A stretch of DNA of 64,000 nucleotides from Octopus vulgaris (GCA_951406725.2 OX597823.1:53568001-53632000); one strand, 5' to 3'. Positions 25,564 through 38,765 are shown, counted from the first letter of the stretch. The notes: a model not told the origin generated them from the letters alone. Program-made: numbers and translations.

Positions 25564-26113
25564 AAACTCAAGTGGCCCTACTCTTGGTATATTTTATCCC
25601 AAAACAAATCAAAGAAGAAAAGGATTCAATCGCCTTCAAATGATCCTGGACAAATTCCTTCAAGAGATACCAGATAAGCCACCTATTCCTGGATACAACT
25701 CAGTCAACAACAACTTGAACAACAACTTGAAAGGGCCATGATACCACAAAATTTGTCTTAAAAATGACTTAATAAATCTTATCGGTGGATACTGTTAAGT
25801 TAGACATGGCATGGGCAAATCTTTGGCTAAAACATATCTAAGTTACGCAAGTTATCAAGTACAAAAAGAAAAATCCGATTCACATGGTAATCCTATAATT
25901 CTGTTTAACAATTTGATGAGCACGTAAAAACACGTCCATCAGTAGAAAATCTAAGAATAATTATCTTAATAAGAGTAACTTCTTTATTTCATTATCCTTT
26001 TCGTCTATTTATTATTTATCTTTTATCTTTTATCTTTTACTTGTTTCAGTCATTAGGCTGTGGCTAAGCTGGGGGAACTGCTTTGAAGAATTTTAGTTGC
26101 ACAAATCAACCTT

Positions 26114-26383
26114 ATCATCATCATCATCATCATTTAGCGTCCGTTCTCCATGCTAGCATGGGTTGGACGGTTCAACTGGGGTCTGTGAAGCTGGAAGGCT
26201 TCATCAGGCCCAGTCAGATCTGGCAGTGTTTCTACGGCTGGATACCCTTCCTAACGCCAACCACTCCGTGAGTGTAGTGGGTGCTTTTTACGTGCCACCC
26301 GCACAGGTGCCAGACAAAGCTGGCAAACGGCCACGAACGGATGGTGCTTTTACGTGTCACCGGCACGGGGCCAGGCGAGGCCC
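26114..26383 (-). mobile_element. RTE LINE 3' UTR terminus (family C) with (GAT)n tail
   Basis: (CAT)n then ttagcgtccgttctccatgctagcatgggttggacgg..cccttcctaacgccaacc; same tail as 31500-31640, which is attached to RTE coding sequence. Confidence 0.85.
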
Positions 26384-27047
26384 TTAGTAGTTACTAATTT
26401 TTTGTACAGCCTGGTACTTATTCCATCAGTCTTGTTTGCCAAACTTCTTCATTATAGCCCAAAGCTATAGTAAAAGACACATGCTCAAAGTGCCACATGG
26501 TAGGAACCAGGAGCCATGGGATTGGGAAACAATGTTCTTACTACACAGCCACTCTTGCACCTATTTATTCATTATTCTCACATGCATGTAATCACACATA
26601 CATACACATTCACACCTACACATAAACACACATAGATATGTGCATGCAGATATATGCACGGGCAAAAATGGTTTATTACATAGGTGTAAGGTCACCAATA
26701 CCCTTATAATGAATGAGTAATACTTTAGTTTGTGTATCAAGGACTATCTTCTCTTTTCCTAAATGCAAGCATGCATGTGTGCAAGCAAGTTTGTTTTCTA
26801 TGCATGTATGCCAGCACAGATGGATGGATGGATGGATGAATGGATATGTAGCTATTTGTATGTGTGTATACTTGTGTATGTATATACATAACTTTATTCA
26901 AATGCTGTAGATTCTCCATTTTCTCATTTAGCTTTCTACTGGCCAAAACTTATACACACACACACACACACACATATAGATGTATGTATGTCTGTATATT
27001 GATATACGCACACACATGTATATGCTTACAAGCATATAGATACATGC

Positions 27048-27115
<68 letters not shown>

Positions 27116-27395
27116 ACACACAAAAAGAAGGAGACAGAGACAGAAACAGAGTGAAGTGCATATTGTTCATTGAAAGTTGGGTCCATGTAAGTCATTACTC
27201 ACAGTAATGGAAAACTCTGAGTAACTCATAGGAGTCAGAAACAGCTTTGAATTTAAAATATTATTCAACTCTACTTCACTGTATTGAGTACTTCCTTCCA
27301 TTTAATTGCAACTTCACCAGTGAGATACTATCAATATATGATATATGTATGCATGTATGTATGTATGTATGTATGTATGTATGTATGTATGTATG

Positions 27396-27434
<39 letters not shown>

Positions 27435-27825
27435 GTGTGTGTGTGTGTGTGCATCTGTATTTGTCTTTTGTGTTGTGGTTTTCCCCCACCACCACTTGAT
27501 ATCCAACATTGGTTTGTTTATGTCCATGTAACTGAGCAGCTCAGCTAAAGAGACCAACAGAGTAAGTACCAAACTTAAAAAATATGTCCTGGGGTTGAAT
27601 TGTTTGACTAAAAATCTCTTGAGCACAGTGCTGCAGCATGATCATAATCACAGTCCAATTACTGAAACAAAAAGTAAAAGATATAATGTGAATGTGTATA
27701 TGTGTGTGTGTATATATATACACATATATATATATATATATATATTAATAAATAAAACATATGCATTTCTATATACATATATGTACGTACCCACCTCTAC
27801 ATGTATATATACACGCATATATGGG

Positions 27826-28150
27826 TACAGGACACCAAAAAAAACGTCGAACACAATGAGAAACGAAAACATAAACACAAAACCAAGGAACTGGACATTT
27901 TTCTTAAACAACAAAAAAATAGAGTACAGGACAAATAACACAAAGAAAATTCCCCTTCTTCAGTCGCCATGGTTTCATCTACTCTGTGTTTCGAAGGTGA
28001 AGGCGATATGCTTCTTCGATAGAAACTTTCCTTCCTGCGAAAAGCAAATCAAATAAAATTTGAGATCTTTTTGGAGAGGGGTAAAAATGGTAACAAAAAC
28101 AGGACAGTAACGACAGTACAAAATATAAGTAGTAAAAGACAGGACAAGGA
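27826..28150 (-). mobile_element. Penelope pLTR-like fragment
   Basis: Minus strand has ttcGAAAC..GTA and CTGAAGAaggg motifs plus a T-rich tail; lies between TA-rich tracts. Confidence 0.4.
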
Positions 28151-28221
28151 GAATAACATATATATGTGATCCAGAAAGCTAACGAATATAGCGCTGAAGA
28201 AGGAATTCAAACTCCCCTATT

Positions 28222-28258
<37 letters not shown>

Positions 28259-28261
<3 letters not shown>

Positions 28262-28394
28262 TCATCATCATCATCGTTTAACGTCCGCTTTCCATGTTAG
28301 CATGGGTTGGATGATTTGACTGAGGTCTGGTGAACAGATGGTTGCACCAGACTCCAGTCTGATCTGACAGAGTTTCTACAGCTGGATGCCCTTC
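28259..28394 (-). mobile_element. RTE 3' terminus (family C)
   Basis: (CAT)n-cgtttaacgtccgctttccatgttagcatggg..gctggatgccctt. Confidence 0.85.
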
Positions 28395-28444
28395 ATATAT
28401 ATATATATATATATACATATATATGTATATATATACATATATAA

Positions 28445-28992
28445 TGAGGGTATGTGGCTCAGTGGTTAGGGTATTTAGCACAGGATCATAAGGGTATGAG
28501 TTTGATTGCCAGGGGCATGTTGTATCCTTGAGCAAGACACTTTTCTTCACATTGCTCCAGTCCACTCAGCAGACAAAAATGACCTGTACCTGTATTGCAA
28601 AGGGTCAGCCTTGTCACACTCTGTGTCATGCTGAATCTCCCTCAGAACTGCATTTACCCTTTCGTTACTGTGTTTATTTTGAGATGCTCTGTGTTTCTTT
28701 CAATTACTTTAAATATAAGAAAGAATTTAGTAAAATAACTTAGTTTTCATTAAGCCAGTGTTAGGAATATAAATTGTGACTAAAGTTTGATGGAAGATTT
28801 TAATTCAAAACTTATGAAAATAAGACATTTGTACTCAGAGCCAGAGCTGGTTTCAGCCAGGTTGGTTTATGAAAGGGTTAAGGGCATGCATGTCTGTGGA
28901 GTGCTCAGCCACTTTCACATTAATTTCACAAGCAGACAATTCCATTGATCGGATCAATTGGAACCCTCATCGCCAGAACTGACGGAGTGCCA
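28445..28992 (+). mobile_element. SINE family D interrupted by a piggyBac-like MITE
   Basis: A-box tggctcagtgg, B-box-like gagtttgattgcc, ccttgagcaagacactt; sequence resumes after the TTAA at 28878. Confidence 0.75.
28657..28877. mobile_element. piggyBac-like MITE
   Basis: Ends ttta|ccctttcgt and atgaaaggg|ttaa: CCC/GGG termini with a TTAA-type TSD. Confidence 0.8.
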
Positions 28993-29046
28993 TGATATCT
29001 GTATATATGTGGATGTATATCCATATATGTGTGTGTATAGATACAT

Positions 29047-29101
<55 letters not shown>

Positions 29102-29744
29102 TGCATACAAAGGTTTTATATGTGTGGTTATATTTATATTTTATTTTCTGGGAATGGAATATGCGTAGGCTATCTTTATTACTTTCTCCTGTTTATTTAT
29201 TTATTTATTTATTTATTTATCTATCTATTTATTCATTTATTTATTGCTTATTTTCGTCCAAAGAACCCAAGATTAGTCAGCATACCAAGTGCATTGTACC
29301 ACACAGAGATTTGCTAAGACAGATTTACAGTATTTAGCAGATGGCCTTAAGAGAAAACTGCCAACAACAACAACAACAATAATAACAGCAACAAAAGAAA
29401 CAGAAAGTAAATAAAGAATAAAAATCTTTCCCTTACCTTCTCAGTCTCTCAACTAAGCTTCCTCCTCCCACCACATAGTTTAGCTCTCTCTCTCTCTTTT
29501 TCTTCTTTTTCATCTTCTTCTTCTCTTTCTTCATGAACAAGAGAACATGCTGGCTGGTCTTGCTCACTGCCACCAATATCATCAGTATGGCTTTATTTCT
29601 CCTTCAGCTCAGGCCACAGTCCACTATAGCCATTATCGCAGCACTGGCTACTGCTGCCGCTGCTGTCGCTGTCGATGGTGTCGCCCGGTACCGATGCTGC
29701 TGCTGCTGTTGCCCATTTGCTGCTGATGATTAACATTAAGATAA

Positions 29745-30057
29745 CAATGATGATGAGGAAAGTGATGAGGATGATGATGATGATGATGATGTAACTGCTA
29801 TAAATGATGGAGAGGCTGATGATAATGATGCAGCGACTGTTACTGACTATGATGATAACGATGATTATGAGGATACTTATAACTGATGATGGTGGTGGTG
29901 GTGGTGGTGGTGGTTATGGTGATGGTGGTGGTGGTAGCAGTCAGGAAACTGCTGCTGCTACTGATGATGATAGTGATGTGGTCACTTTTATGGCTGCTGT
30001 TGTTTATGATAGTGGTGATGATGATGATGATGATGACAACGACGCTGATGACGACGG

Positions 30058-30099
<42 letters not shown>

Positions 30100-30118
30100 C
30101 GAAGACGACGACAACGAC

Positions 30119-30149
<31 letters not shown>

Positions 30150-30313
30150 GTGATGATGACGTTGATGGTGATGGTTAGGATGATGCTAATGATAATATTA
30201 CCATTGCTATGGATGCTGTTGTGCCTCTGATTATGATGATCATGATGATGATCATGACAATGGAAAAAACAACAAAATCATCTACTTCTGCTATTACTAC
30301 TAGTATTAACAAC

Positions 30314-30360
<47 letters not shown>
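29745..30360. repeat. (GAT)n/(GGT)n/(AAT)n trinucleotide tract
   Basis: The poly-D, poly-M and poly-N ORFs are repeat translations. Confidence 0.9.
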
Positions 30361-30363
<3 letters not shown>

Positions 30364-30365
30364 CA

Positions 30366-30570
30366 ATGGTTTCAAATTTTGCCAAAAGGGCAACCATCTT
30401 GGGGGAGGAGATGTGTCAATTACCTCGACCCTTGCGTTCAACTGGTACTTAATTTATCGACCTTGAAAGGATGAAAGGCAAAGTCGACCTCAGTGGAATT
30501 TGAACTCAGAACATAAAGACAGACAGAATACCACTAAGCATTTCACCCAGCGTGCTAACGTTTCTACCTT
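30366..30570 (-). mobile_element. SINE family A
   Basis: ctggtacttaatttatcgaccttgaaaggatgaaaggcaaagtcgacctcagtggaatttgaactc. Confidence 0.9.
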
Positions 30571-30896
30571 CTAATAATAATAATAATAATAATAATGATG
30601 ATGGTTTTACTATCACCTCTACCATAACATCATTCACCTTCACCACTACCACCTCCACTACAACAACCACCACCAATACCTAACCAGCAATACCATTACT
30701 ACTACCAACATCCAACAATCACCAAATCAGCAATCGCCACTAACGACAACCACAACAACACCAAAAGCTAAAGCCAGTACTTTCTGTGCTGCACATTCTG
30801 TATGAAACATTAATAATTCAACTCAAAAGAAGGTTTAATATTTCTAATGACAGGAATAAATATATCTTAATAACACAACGAAAGACATTAAACGCT

Positions 30897-31410
30897 AGGT
30901 GCATGTGTGGTCGTGTGGTTATGAAGTTTGCTTCCCAACCATGTGGTTTTGAGTTCAGTTCCTCTGCGCAGTACCTTGGGCAAGTGTCTTGTGTCTTCTA
31001 CACTAGCTACTGGCCAACCAAAGCCTTGGGAATGGATTTGGTAAATTTGGTAGATAGAAACTGAAAGAAGCCCACTGTATTAGGCCAATCAAAGCCTTGT
31101 GAGTGGGTTTGGTAGACAAAAAAACTGAAAGCCCGTCATATATATAAATATATATATGCATGTGTGTGTGTGTATTTATGTGTGTGTGTGTGTGTATTTA
31201 TGTGTGTGTTTTTGTGTCTGTCTTTGTCCTCCCCACTATTGCTCAACAACTGATGTTAGTGTGTTTATGTACCCGTAACTTAGCAGTTCAGTAGAAGAGA
31301 CCAATAGAATAAGCACCAGGCTTACAAAGAATAAGTCCAGGGATCAATTTCTCTGACTAAAAGGTGGTGCTCAAGCATGGCCACAGTCAAATGCTTGGAA
31401 CAAAAGAATA
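30897..31410 (+). mobile_element. SINE family B, full bipartite copy with internal microsatellite
   Basis: Head with ccttgggcaagtgtctt, a duplicated aaagccttg..ggtaga segment, TA/TG tract, and 3' module ending gactaaaaggtggtgctcaagcatggccacagtc. Confidence 0.85.
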
Positions 31411-31422
31411 TATATATAAATT

Positions 31423-31453
<31 letters not shown>

Positions 31454-31460
31454 GCATACA

Positions 31461-31499
<39 letters not shown>

Positions 31500-32080
31500 C
31501 ATCATCATCATTTAACATATGTTGTCCATGCTGGTATGGGTTGGATGGTTTGACCAGAGCTGGCAAGTTGGGGAGCTACACCAGACTCCAGTCTGATTTC
31601 ACATGGTTTCCATGGCCAGATGCCCTTCCTAATGCCAACCACTTTACAGAGTGTGCTGGGTGCTTTATACATGGGACCGGCACAGGTGCTTTTATGTGGC
31701 ACCACATGAGTGCTTTTATGTGACACCACATGAGTGCTTTTATGTGATGCTGCATGGGTGCTTTCATATGGCACTGCACAGGTGCTTTTACGTAGCACCA
31801 CACAGGATCTTGTATACAGTACCCCACAGGATCTTGTCTATGGCACCACTACAAGTGCTTTCCATAACCAGAGGGACCAACCTTAACACTTCTGCTGCAG
31901 AGTACAGGTCTTCTTGAGTACAGTAGGCTGCCAGGCATCTTGGTCCTTTGTCATCTCACTTGAAAGGTTCAGTGTCCTGAGATCATTCTTTAGTACTTCA
32001 TCGCATGTCTTCCTGGGTCTCTTGGTTCCACGTGTTCCATCTACTTTGAGAGGCTGGCACTTCTTTATGGAGCTGTCGGC
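31500..32080 (-). mobile_element. RTE LINE 3' end: ORF2 C-terminus, 3' UTR with ~21-bp tandem units, (GAT)n tail
   Basis: ORF SIKKCQPLKVDGTRGTKRPRKTCDEVLKNDLRTLNLSSEMTKDQDAW; UTR repeats gtgcttttatgtggcaccaca at about 31660-31860; family C tail. Confidence 0.9.
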
Positions 32081-32098
32081 ATATTTATATGTATGCAA

Positions 32099-32320
32099 GG
32101 CGGTGAGCTGGCAGAAACGTTAGCAGGCTGGGCGAAATGCGTAGCTGTATTTCGTCTGCCGTTACGTTCTGAGTTCAAATTCCGCCGAGGTCGACTTTGC
32201 CTTTCATCCTTTCGGGGTCGATAAATTAAGTACCAGTTATGCACTGGGGTCGACGTAATCCGTTTGTCTGTCCTTGTTTGTCCCCTCTGTGTTTAGCCTC
32301 TTGTGGGTAGTAAAGAAATA
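32099..32320 (+). mobile_element. SINE family A, young CpG-intact full-length copy
   Basis: ggcggtgagctggcagaaacgttagc (A box), gagttcaaattcc (B box), gcctttcatcctttcggggtcgataaattaagtaccag. Confidence 0.9.
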
Positions 32321-32955
32321 TATATGTATGTAAGTGGAGGTGGTGGGTGTGTGTCTTTGTGTCTGTGTTTGTCCCCCACCACTGTCTGACAACCAGTGGT
32401 GATTTGTTTACATCCTGTAACTTAGCGGTTCAGCAAAACAGAGCAATAGAATAGATACCAGGCTTCAAACATGCAAAAAAAAAGAAAAGTTCATTTGGCT
32501 AAAATCTCTTCAACAAGGTGGTGCTCCAACATGGCCACAGTCTAATAACTGAAACCAGTAAAAGATAAAGTTACAGATCCGATCCAGTCAATGATTTGAA
32601 ACAGTTCATACTTTCTATCAAGTATTGGTTTTCTCAAGAACTGTAGGCAGTCATTTGGACAATTTCTGCCTCTCTACTCAATCACAGGATTCTTCTATAA
32701 TAAGACAATCTATTAAACCTTGTGACTGAGTTTTAAACATGCATCTTTTCACATTAGCTTAGCGTTGCTGACTCTTTTTTTTTATTACTGATAGAGTTGC
32801 TGTAATCTTCATTAATCTTCCCTCTTCCATTATCTATTTACTCTGGTCTTACATTAAAATGTATAGACTTAGTCAATGCTTAAGTTTTGGGACTTGGGCA
32901 GGGGATTTAACTTTGAAGTTACAGTCATTGTGTTTCTGTTATACATAAATATATA

Positions 32956-33148
32956 TGCATCATCATCATCATCATCATCGTTTAGCGTCCGTTTTCCATG
33001 CTAGCATGGGTTGGACGGTTCTACTGGGGTCTGTGAAGCCAGAAGGCTTCATCAGGCCCAGTCAAATCTGGCAGTGTTTCTACGGCTGGATGCCCTTCCT
33101 AACGCCAACCACTCCGTATGTATGCATAAATGCATATGTATGCATAAA

Positions 33149-33182
<34 letters not shown>

Positions 33183-33345
33183 CACATAGGAAGGGCATCT
33201 TGGCATTAGGAAGGGCATCCAACCGTAGAAACATTGCCAGATCAGACTGGGCCTGGTGCAGCCTTCTGGCTTCCCAGACCCCAGTTGAACCGTCCAACCC
33301 ATGGGAAGCTGACGCTAAACGAAGATGATGATGAAGATGATGATA
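32956..33345. mobile_element. two RTE 3' termini (family C) in inverted orientation around a TA/TG tract
   Basis: 32956-33116 (minus) and 33187-33345 (plus) are reverse complements of each other with scattered mismatches. Confidence 0.9.
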
Positions 33346-33376
33346 CATAAACAAATATATATATATATATATACGT

Positions 33377-33477
<101 letters not shown>

Positions 33478-33879
33478 CATATATACATATATATATGCGT
33501 GTGTCTATATATACATATACATGTATGTGTATATTCATACATATATATATATATATACATATATATATACACACAAACATACTTATTCATATCAAATATT
33601 TAATTACAATCACAGTTTTATATACATTAGTATATGGCCAATTGGATTGATGTCTGCCTATAAGAAAAAAAAAAAAATCTACCCTCCGGTAGCAAAAGGT
33701 TTATTACTCGTGTATCAAATACCATGGCTACTTCATATACTCGTCATTCACACATCTGATCCAGCAGCATTATATTGTACAGATGGGCAGACCAATGTGT
33801 ACGGCATATGAAAACATTAATAAATCTTCATTAGATGAGACGAAGCAGTTAGATGAGTTTGTGGTGGGAATATGATGAC

Positions 33880-35060
33880 AACCATCATGGTGGTGGTGGT
33901 GATGATGATGATGAGGAGGAGGAGGAGGAGGAGCAGGGGCGGTCATGATGATTCCTACTATCATCATGAATATGATGAAAGTTATGATGATTATGTTGAA
34001 GCTGATGATAATGAATGATGGCCATAATGATGATGATGAGGAAGATTTGATGGTGGTGGTGGTGGTGGTGGTAGTGGTGGTGGTGCTGTTCTGCTGATGA
34101 TGATTATGATGTTCTTTATCCGAAGTTCGTAACAACTGTGACCAGCTTGCCAGTTTGTATATCCTAGCCTCCAATATAAATCCTTTCTAAATTTAAAGCA
34201 GGTGAGGCATGGCTATTAACTGACCTTAAGGGATTTGGCTGCTATTTCTAAAGGATTGAGTAACCATGTAGAGTTCATCCTGTTGGCTCAATGGTACTAC
34301 TGGTATTGCTTATGATAAAGGTGGGGGGGTGAAGGTGGTGCTGATAGTGGTGGTAGTGGGCGTGGGGGTGGCATCAGTGGCAGTGGTGGTGATGGTGATG
34401 GCAATGATGATGGCAATGATGATGAAATGATGATGTTGGTGGTGATGGTGGTGGTGGTGGTTGTGATGATGATGACGACGACGAGGATGATGATGTGGTG
34501 GTGATGGTGGTGGTTGTGGTGGAGTTGGTGGTTGTGATGATGATGACGACGAGGATGATGATGGTGGTGGTGATGGTGATGGTGGTGGTTGTGGTGGTGG
34601 TGGTGTTCGTGGTGGTGGCGATGATGATGATGACGACGACGATGATGACGGTGGTGGTGGTGATGGTGATGGTGGTGGTGGTGGTGGTGGTGGTGGTGGT
34701 GGTGGTGGTGGTGGTGGTGGTGGTGGTGGTATGATAATGTTGGTGGCAATGGTGATGATGATCACAAAGGTGATGATAATACGATGATGTTGGTGGAAGT
34801 AATGATGATGATGATGATCGTGGTGGTGGTGGTACTGCTGCTGCTGCTGCTGCTACTGCTGACGACAATGACAATGAGGATAACGAAGGGAGAATGGTGC
34901 AGGTGACTGAAAATTTTTGGTGACAGATGAGATAATAGTTGATGATGCAATAGAGTCACCGATGGGTGAGATGATATTCGGGATCATCGGTCTAGAATGC
35001 AGCACAATGGATGAGAACAACAATAAGGATGACGATGATGATGATGATGATGACGATGAT
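33880..35060. repeat. long (GGT)n/(GAT)n trinucleotide tract
   Basis: Source of the poly-H, poly-P and poly-T pseudo-ORFs. Confidence 0.9.
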
Positions 35061-35149
35061 GACAGCGATTAAATTAATTACAGTGATGACGGCATTTCTG
35101 TCAACGATTATGAAGATGTTGATGAAATTGTGATTGGCTTTGCTTTATT

Positions 35150-35189
35150 CTGTCTATATATGAATATATACACACACAGACACTTATAC

Positions 35190-35241
<52 letters not shown>

Positions 35242-35251
35242 CATATATATA

Positions 35252-35303
<52 letters not shown>

Positions 35304-35306
35304 CAT

Positions 35307-35352
<46 letters not shown>

Positions 35353-36655
35353 TGTATGTATATGTATATATATATATGTATATACACATGCACACACATG
35401 TATACACATACATATATACATTTATATATTTGTGTGTGTGCATGTAAACGTTTAAATATGTATGCAGATGTATATATATATATAAATATATATACATAAA
35501 ATATATATAGCCAAATAGATAGATAGATATAGATATGAGTATAGATATTTATAGAGATATAGATACCTATGATATTGAGAGAGGGAGTGAGAGAGAAGCA
35601 ATGTGAGACAGGCAGACAGGCAGACAAAATTTCCTAAAAGGTAGTTTGAAATACGAACTTACAAATGTGTGCGAGTTTGTGTGTGTGCGTGAGAGTGTGT
35701 GAGCATGTGTGTGTGCGTGTGCATGCGTGCGTGCATCATAAAATATATGCATGTGTATGTCTGCAGACATTTAACTGCTTGTGTGTATTTGTGCATATAT
35801 ATATATGTGTGTGTGTTTGTGATTGCCTGTACATGTGTGTTTCACAGATATATTGCATAAGTGTGTGTGTGTGTGTATGTATGTTTTTGTGTCTATGTGT
35901 GTGTTTGTGTGCATCTGTGTGTGTGTGTGTGTTGTGCAGGTTTTTGCATATATACATTTGTGCAGTGGTGAGTATTTAGTATGTGTATCTTCTTGTATGT
36001 GTGTATGTGTGTAATTGCAAGTGTGTATGAGTATGTATGTCACATGTGTTTTTGTGGTGTGTGTGTGTGTGTGTATATATGAATGTATTGTGCACAACCT
36101 TGTGTATACATTTGTGCAGATAAGAGTATATGTGTGTATGTATGTGTGTGTGTTCGTATGTGTATGTATATGTTGTGCATGTGCAGATCCTTGTGTGATG
36201 ATATATATATATATAGATAGATAGATAGATAGATACACACACACACACGCACACACATATATATATATACACACACACATATGTATGGAGATGTAAGTAT
36301 GTAATATGTGTGTGTAAATCTGTGTTCGTGTGTGTTTGTATGTGTATGTGAGTGCCACTGTGTTTGCATGTGCGTGTGTGTGTGTGTGTGTGAGTGCTTC
36401 TATGTCTGTGAAAGTGCAATGCACATGCACATGAAAATCCACCGGCAGAAAGAGAAGACAGATTATTGTACAGGAATACACATGATGCACACAGACACAC
36501 ACACTGACACAAACACACAGACACATACACACTACGACACACACACACACACACATATGGAGTATATATATATGTATATATTGACATATTGAGTGTGTGT
36601 ACGTATGTGTGTGCGTGCATGTGTAAATACATATACATATATGCATACATATATG
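35150..36655. repeat. degenerate (TA)n/(TG)n/(CA)n region
   Basis: Direct inspection. Confidence 0.85.
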
Positions 36656-37214
36656 TTTACAGATAGCTTTCTTTCACCTATTTCTCAAATATATCAACAT
36701 GCTCAGTTAATACTGTACAGAACATAAAAGATTCAATTTGAGTGAGGAAATTCTCTTCTACTCTTTCAATATATTAGCGCTATTAGACCGGTATGCTGGC
36801 GGAAGCTGTAGAGCATCAGCCTAAATGCTTCAATGGCAATTGTGTGCTTATGCTTACTGTCTTGGATAGTCTCCGAGTTCAAATACAATCTTCAGCTATT
36901 TTTTAATATCATTTTTTTTTTTTGCTTCCCTTTGTTGCTCAAAAAATAATGATGAAATGAATGCTAAAACCAGATGGTATATTCTGTCTTTTACTTGTTT
37001 CCAGTTATTGGATCATGGTCATGCTGGAGCACTGCCTTGAAGAGTTTCAGTCAAATGAATCGATCCTGGAATTTTTTTTTTTTTTTTCTGTTAAGTCTGG
37101 TATTTTTATTGCTCTCTCATGCTGAACTGCTTAGTTACAGCAATATAAACAAGCCAACTCTGGTTATCAAGCAGTAGGGAGCAGAGAACAAACACAAACA
37201 TATGCATGTATGCA

Positions 37215-37690
37215 TGTGTGTCTTTGTGATTGTGTTCATTCCCCTACCTTTGCTTGACAGCCGGTGTTGGTTTGTTTACATCCCTCAACTTTACAATTGG
37301 CAAAAGAGATTGACAGAATAGGCACCAGACTTAAAATTTATACTGGTGCCAATTTGCTATACTAAACCAGTGGTTATCAACTATTTTTCACCTAGGGACA
37401 CCTTTGATCCCTATTTTAATCAGGTGGACCCTTATTACCATTCCATGGTTTTCAAAAGTTTTATATTTTTTTATAATTAAATATCATAAAGAATTTCATT
37501 AAAAAAATTGTCTCAAAATTTTGTCTATTGTAGAAGTATAAACCAAATTCTTGCACTTGAATTTTAACAGCAAAATCTTATATAGACCCCTAAGAGTTAC
37601 AAAGACCTCAATTGAGAACCACTGGGCTAGACACATCAAGGCAATGCCCTACCATGGCTGCAGTCCAATGACTAAAACAAGAAAAACATA
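37215..37690 (+). mobile_element. SINE family B 3' module interrupted by a Buster MITE; an inverted copy of the module lies at ~36985-37200
   Basis: gcttgacagccggtgttggtttgtttac..gaataggcaccagac..[MITE]..catcaaggcaatgccctaccatggctgcagtccaatgactaaaac. Confidence 0.75.
37368..37624 (-). mobile_element. Buster-hAT MITE, second copy
   Basis: TIRs cagtggttatcaa and ttgagaaccactg; colinear with 12357-12616; 8-bp flanks tactaaac and ggctagac match 5/8, both nnnTAnnn. Confidence 0.85.
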
Positions 37691-37943
37691 AACGAAAAAA
37701 GGTAGAAACAGAATAACCTCTGCCAAAGCAACCCAAGTGGAGGTGTATAACTTAGTGGTCAGGGTGTTGGACTCATGATCGTAAGATTGTGGTTTTAGTC
37801 CTTGGACCAAGTGACGTATTGTGTTCTTGAGCAAAACACTTCATCTCATGTTACTCCAGTTCATTCAGCTGGTAAAATGAGTAATCCTGCAATGGACTGG
37901 CATCCCATCCAGGTGGAGAATACGTTTATATTTATATATATAT

Positions 37944-38215
37944 GTCTGTGCGGGTGGCACGTCTGTGCGGGTGGCCCGTCTGTGCGGGTGGCACGTCTGT
38001 GCGGGTGGCACGTCTGTGCGGGTGGCACGTCTGTGCGGGTGGCACGTCTGTGCGGGTGGCACGTCTGTGCGGGTGGCACGTCTGTGCGGGTGGCACGTCT
38101 GTGCGGGTGGCACGTCTGTGCGGGTGGCACGTCTGTGCGGGTGGCACGTCTGTGCGGGTGGCACGTCTGTGCGGGTGGCACGTCTGTGCAGGTGGCACGT
38201 CTGTGCGGGTGGCAC
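37944..38215 (+). repeat. 17-bp minisatellite (gtctgtgcgggtggcac) x16
   Basis: 272 bp = 16 units; only two single-base variants (unit 2 ends ggccc, unit 15 has gcagg). Confidence 0.95.
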
Positions 38216-38412
38216 GTAAAAAGCACCCACTACACTCACGGAGTGGTTGGCATTAGGAAGGGCATCCAGCTGTAGAAACATTGCCAGATAAGACTGGAGC
38301 CTGGTGCAGCCTTCTGGCTTCCCAGATCCCCAGTCGAACCGTCCAACCCATGCTAGCATGGAGAACGGATGTTAAACGATGATGCTGATGATGATGATGA
38401 TGATGATGATGA
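38199..38412 (+). mobile_element. RTE 3' terminus (family C) with (GAT)n tail
   Basis: ggcacgtaaaaagcacccactacactc..ggaagggcatccagctgtagaaac..cccatgctagcatgg..gttaaacgatgatg. Confidence 0.9.
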
Positions 38413-38765
38413 TATATATATATTTGCGCCATGAGATCGGGAAACCAGCCGTTATGAGTTGAGAAGGTAACTTTACTTTTTTATGATTAAAGCAACCTAA
38501 GGACCAGTTGGTGGTGTTAATTTGGCTGAAGATTTAAGTCCTTTAGCCAAGAACTTAGAATGAAGGATGTGGTGGTGGTGGTGTGTGTGTGGAGGGAGAG
38601 GTGTTAGCCAGAACAGATACTCAAAGTTATGTTGTCCTGTTCTCTAACAGATTTCTTTGTCATGCTTTCCTTTAATATCGACCCATTACTAGGATTTAGG
38701 AAAATCTGTTTGCTTTAGTTTGTTAACTGTTTTCTTTCTGTTTCCCTTTGCTAGTAATTTTCTGA

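Larger units (their letters stand above)
37737..38480 (+). mobile_element. SINE family D (V-SINE-like) split by an RTE tail insertion
   Basis: tRNA-like head, ttcttgagcaaaacactt, gcaatggactggcatcccatccagg; appears to resume at ~38425. Confidence 0.7.

Noticed and set aside
29804-30178. Acidic poly-Asp/Gly protein ORF
   Set aside because: Entirely (GAT)/(GGT) repeat-derived, with equally long ORFs in other frames.
32099-32190. tRNA genes
   Set aside because: A and B boxes are present but run into SINE bodies repeated many times in the window; no cloverleaf is evident.
34297-34874. His-, Pro- or Thr-rich (extensin/mucin-like) proteins
   Set aside because: All three frames are open only because of (CAC/CAT)n; there is no non-repeat coding context.
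37944-38215. CRISPR-like array or repeat protein (TCHPHRRATRTDVPPAQ)n
   Set aside because: The 17-bp units are directly head-to-tail with no spacers, there are no cas genes, and the context is eukaryotic. The ORFs arise because the unit has no stop codon.
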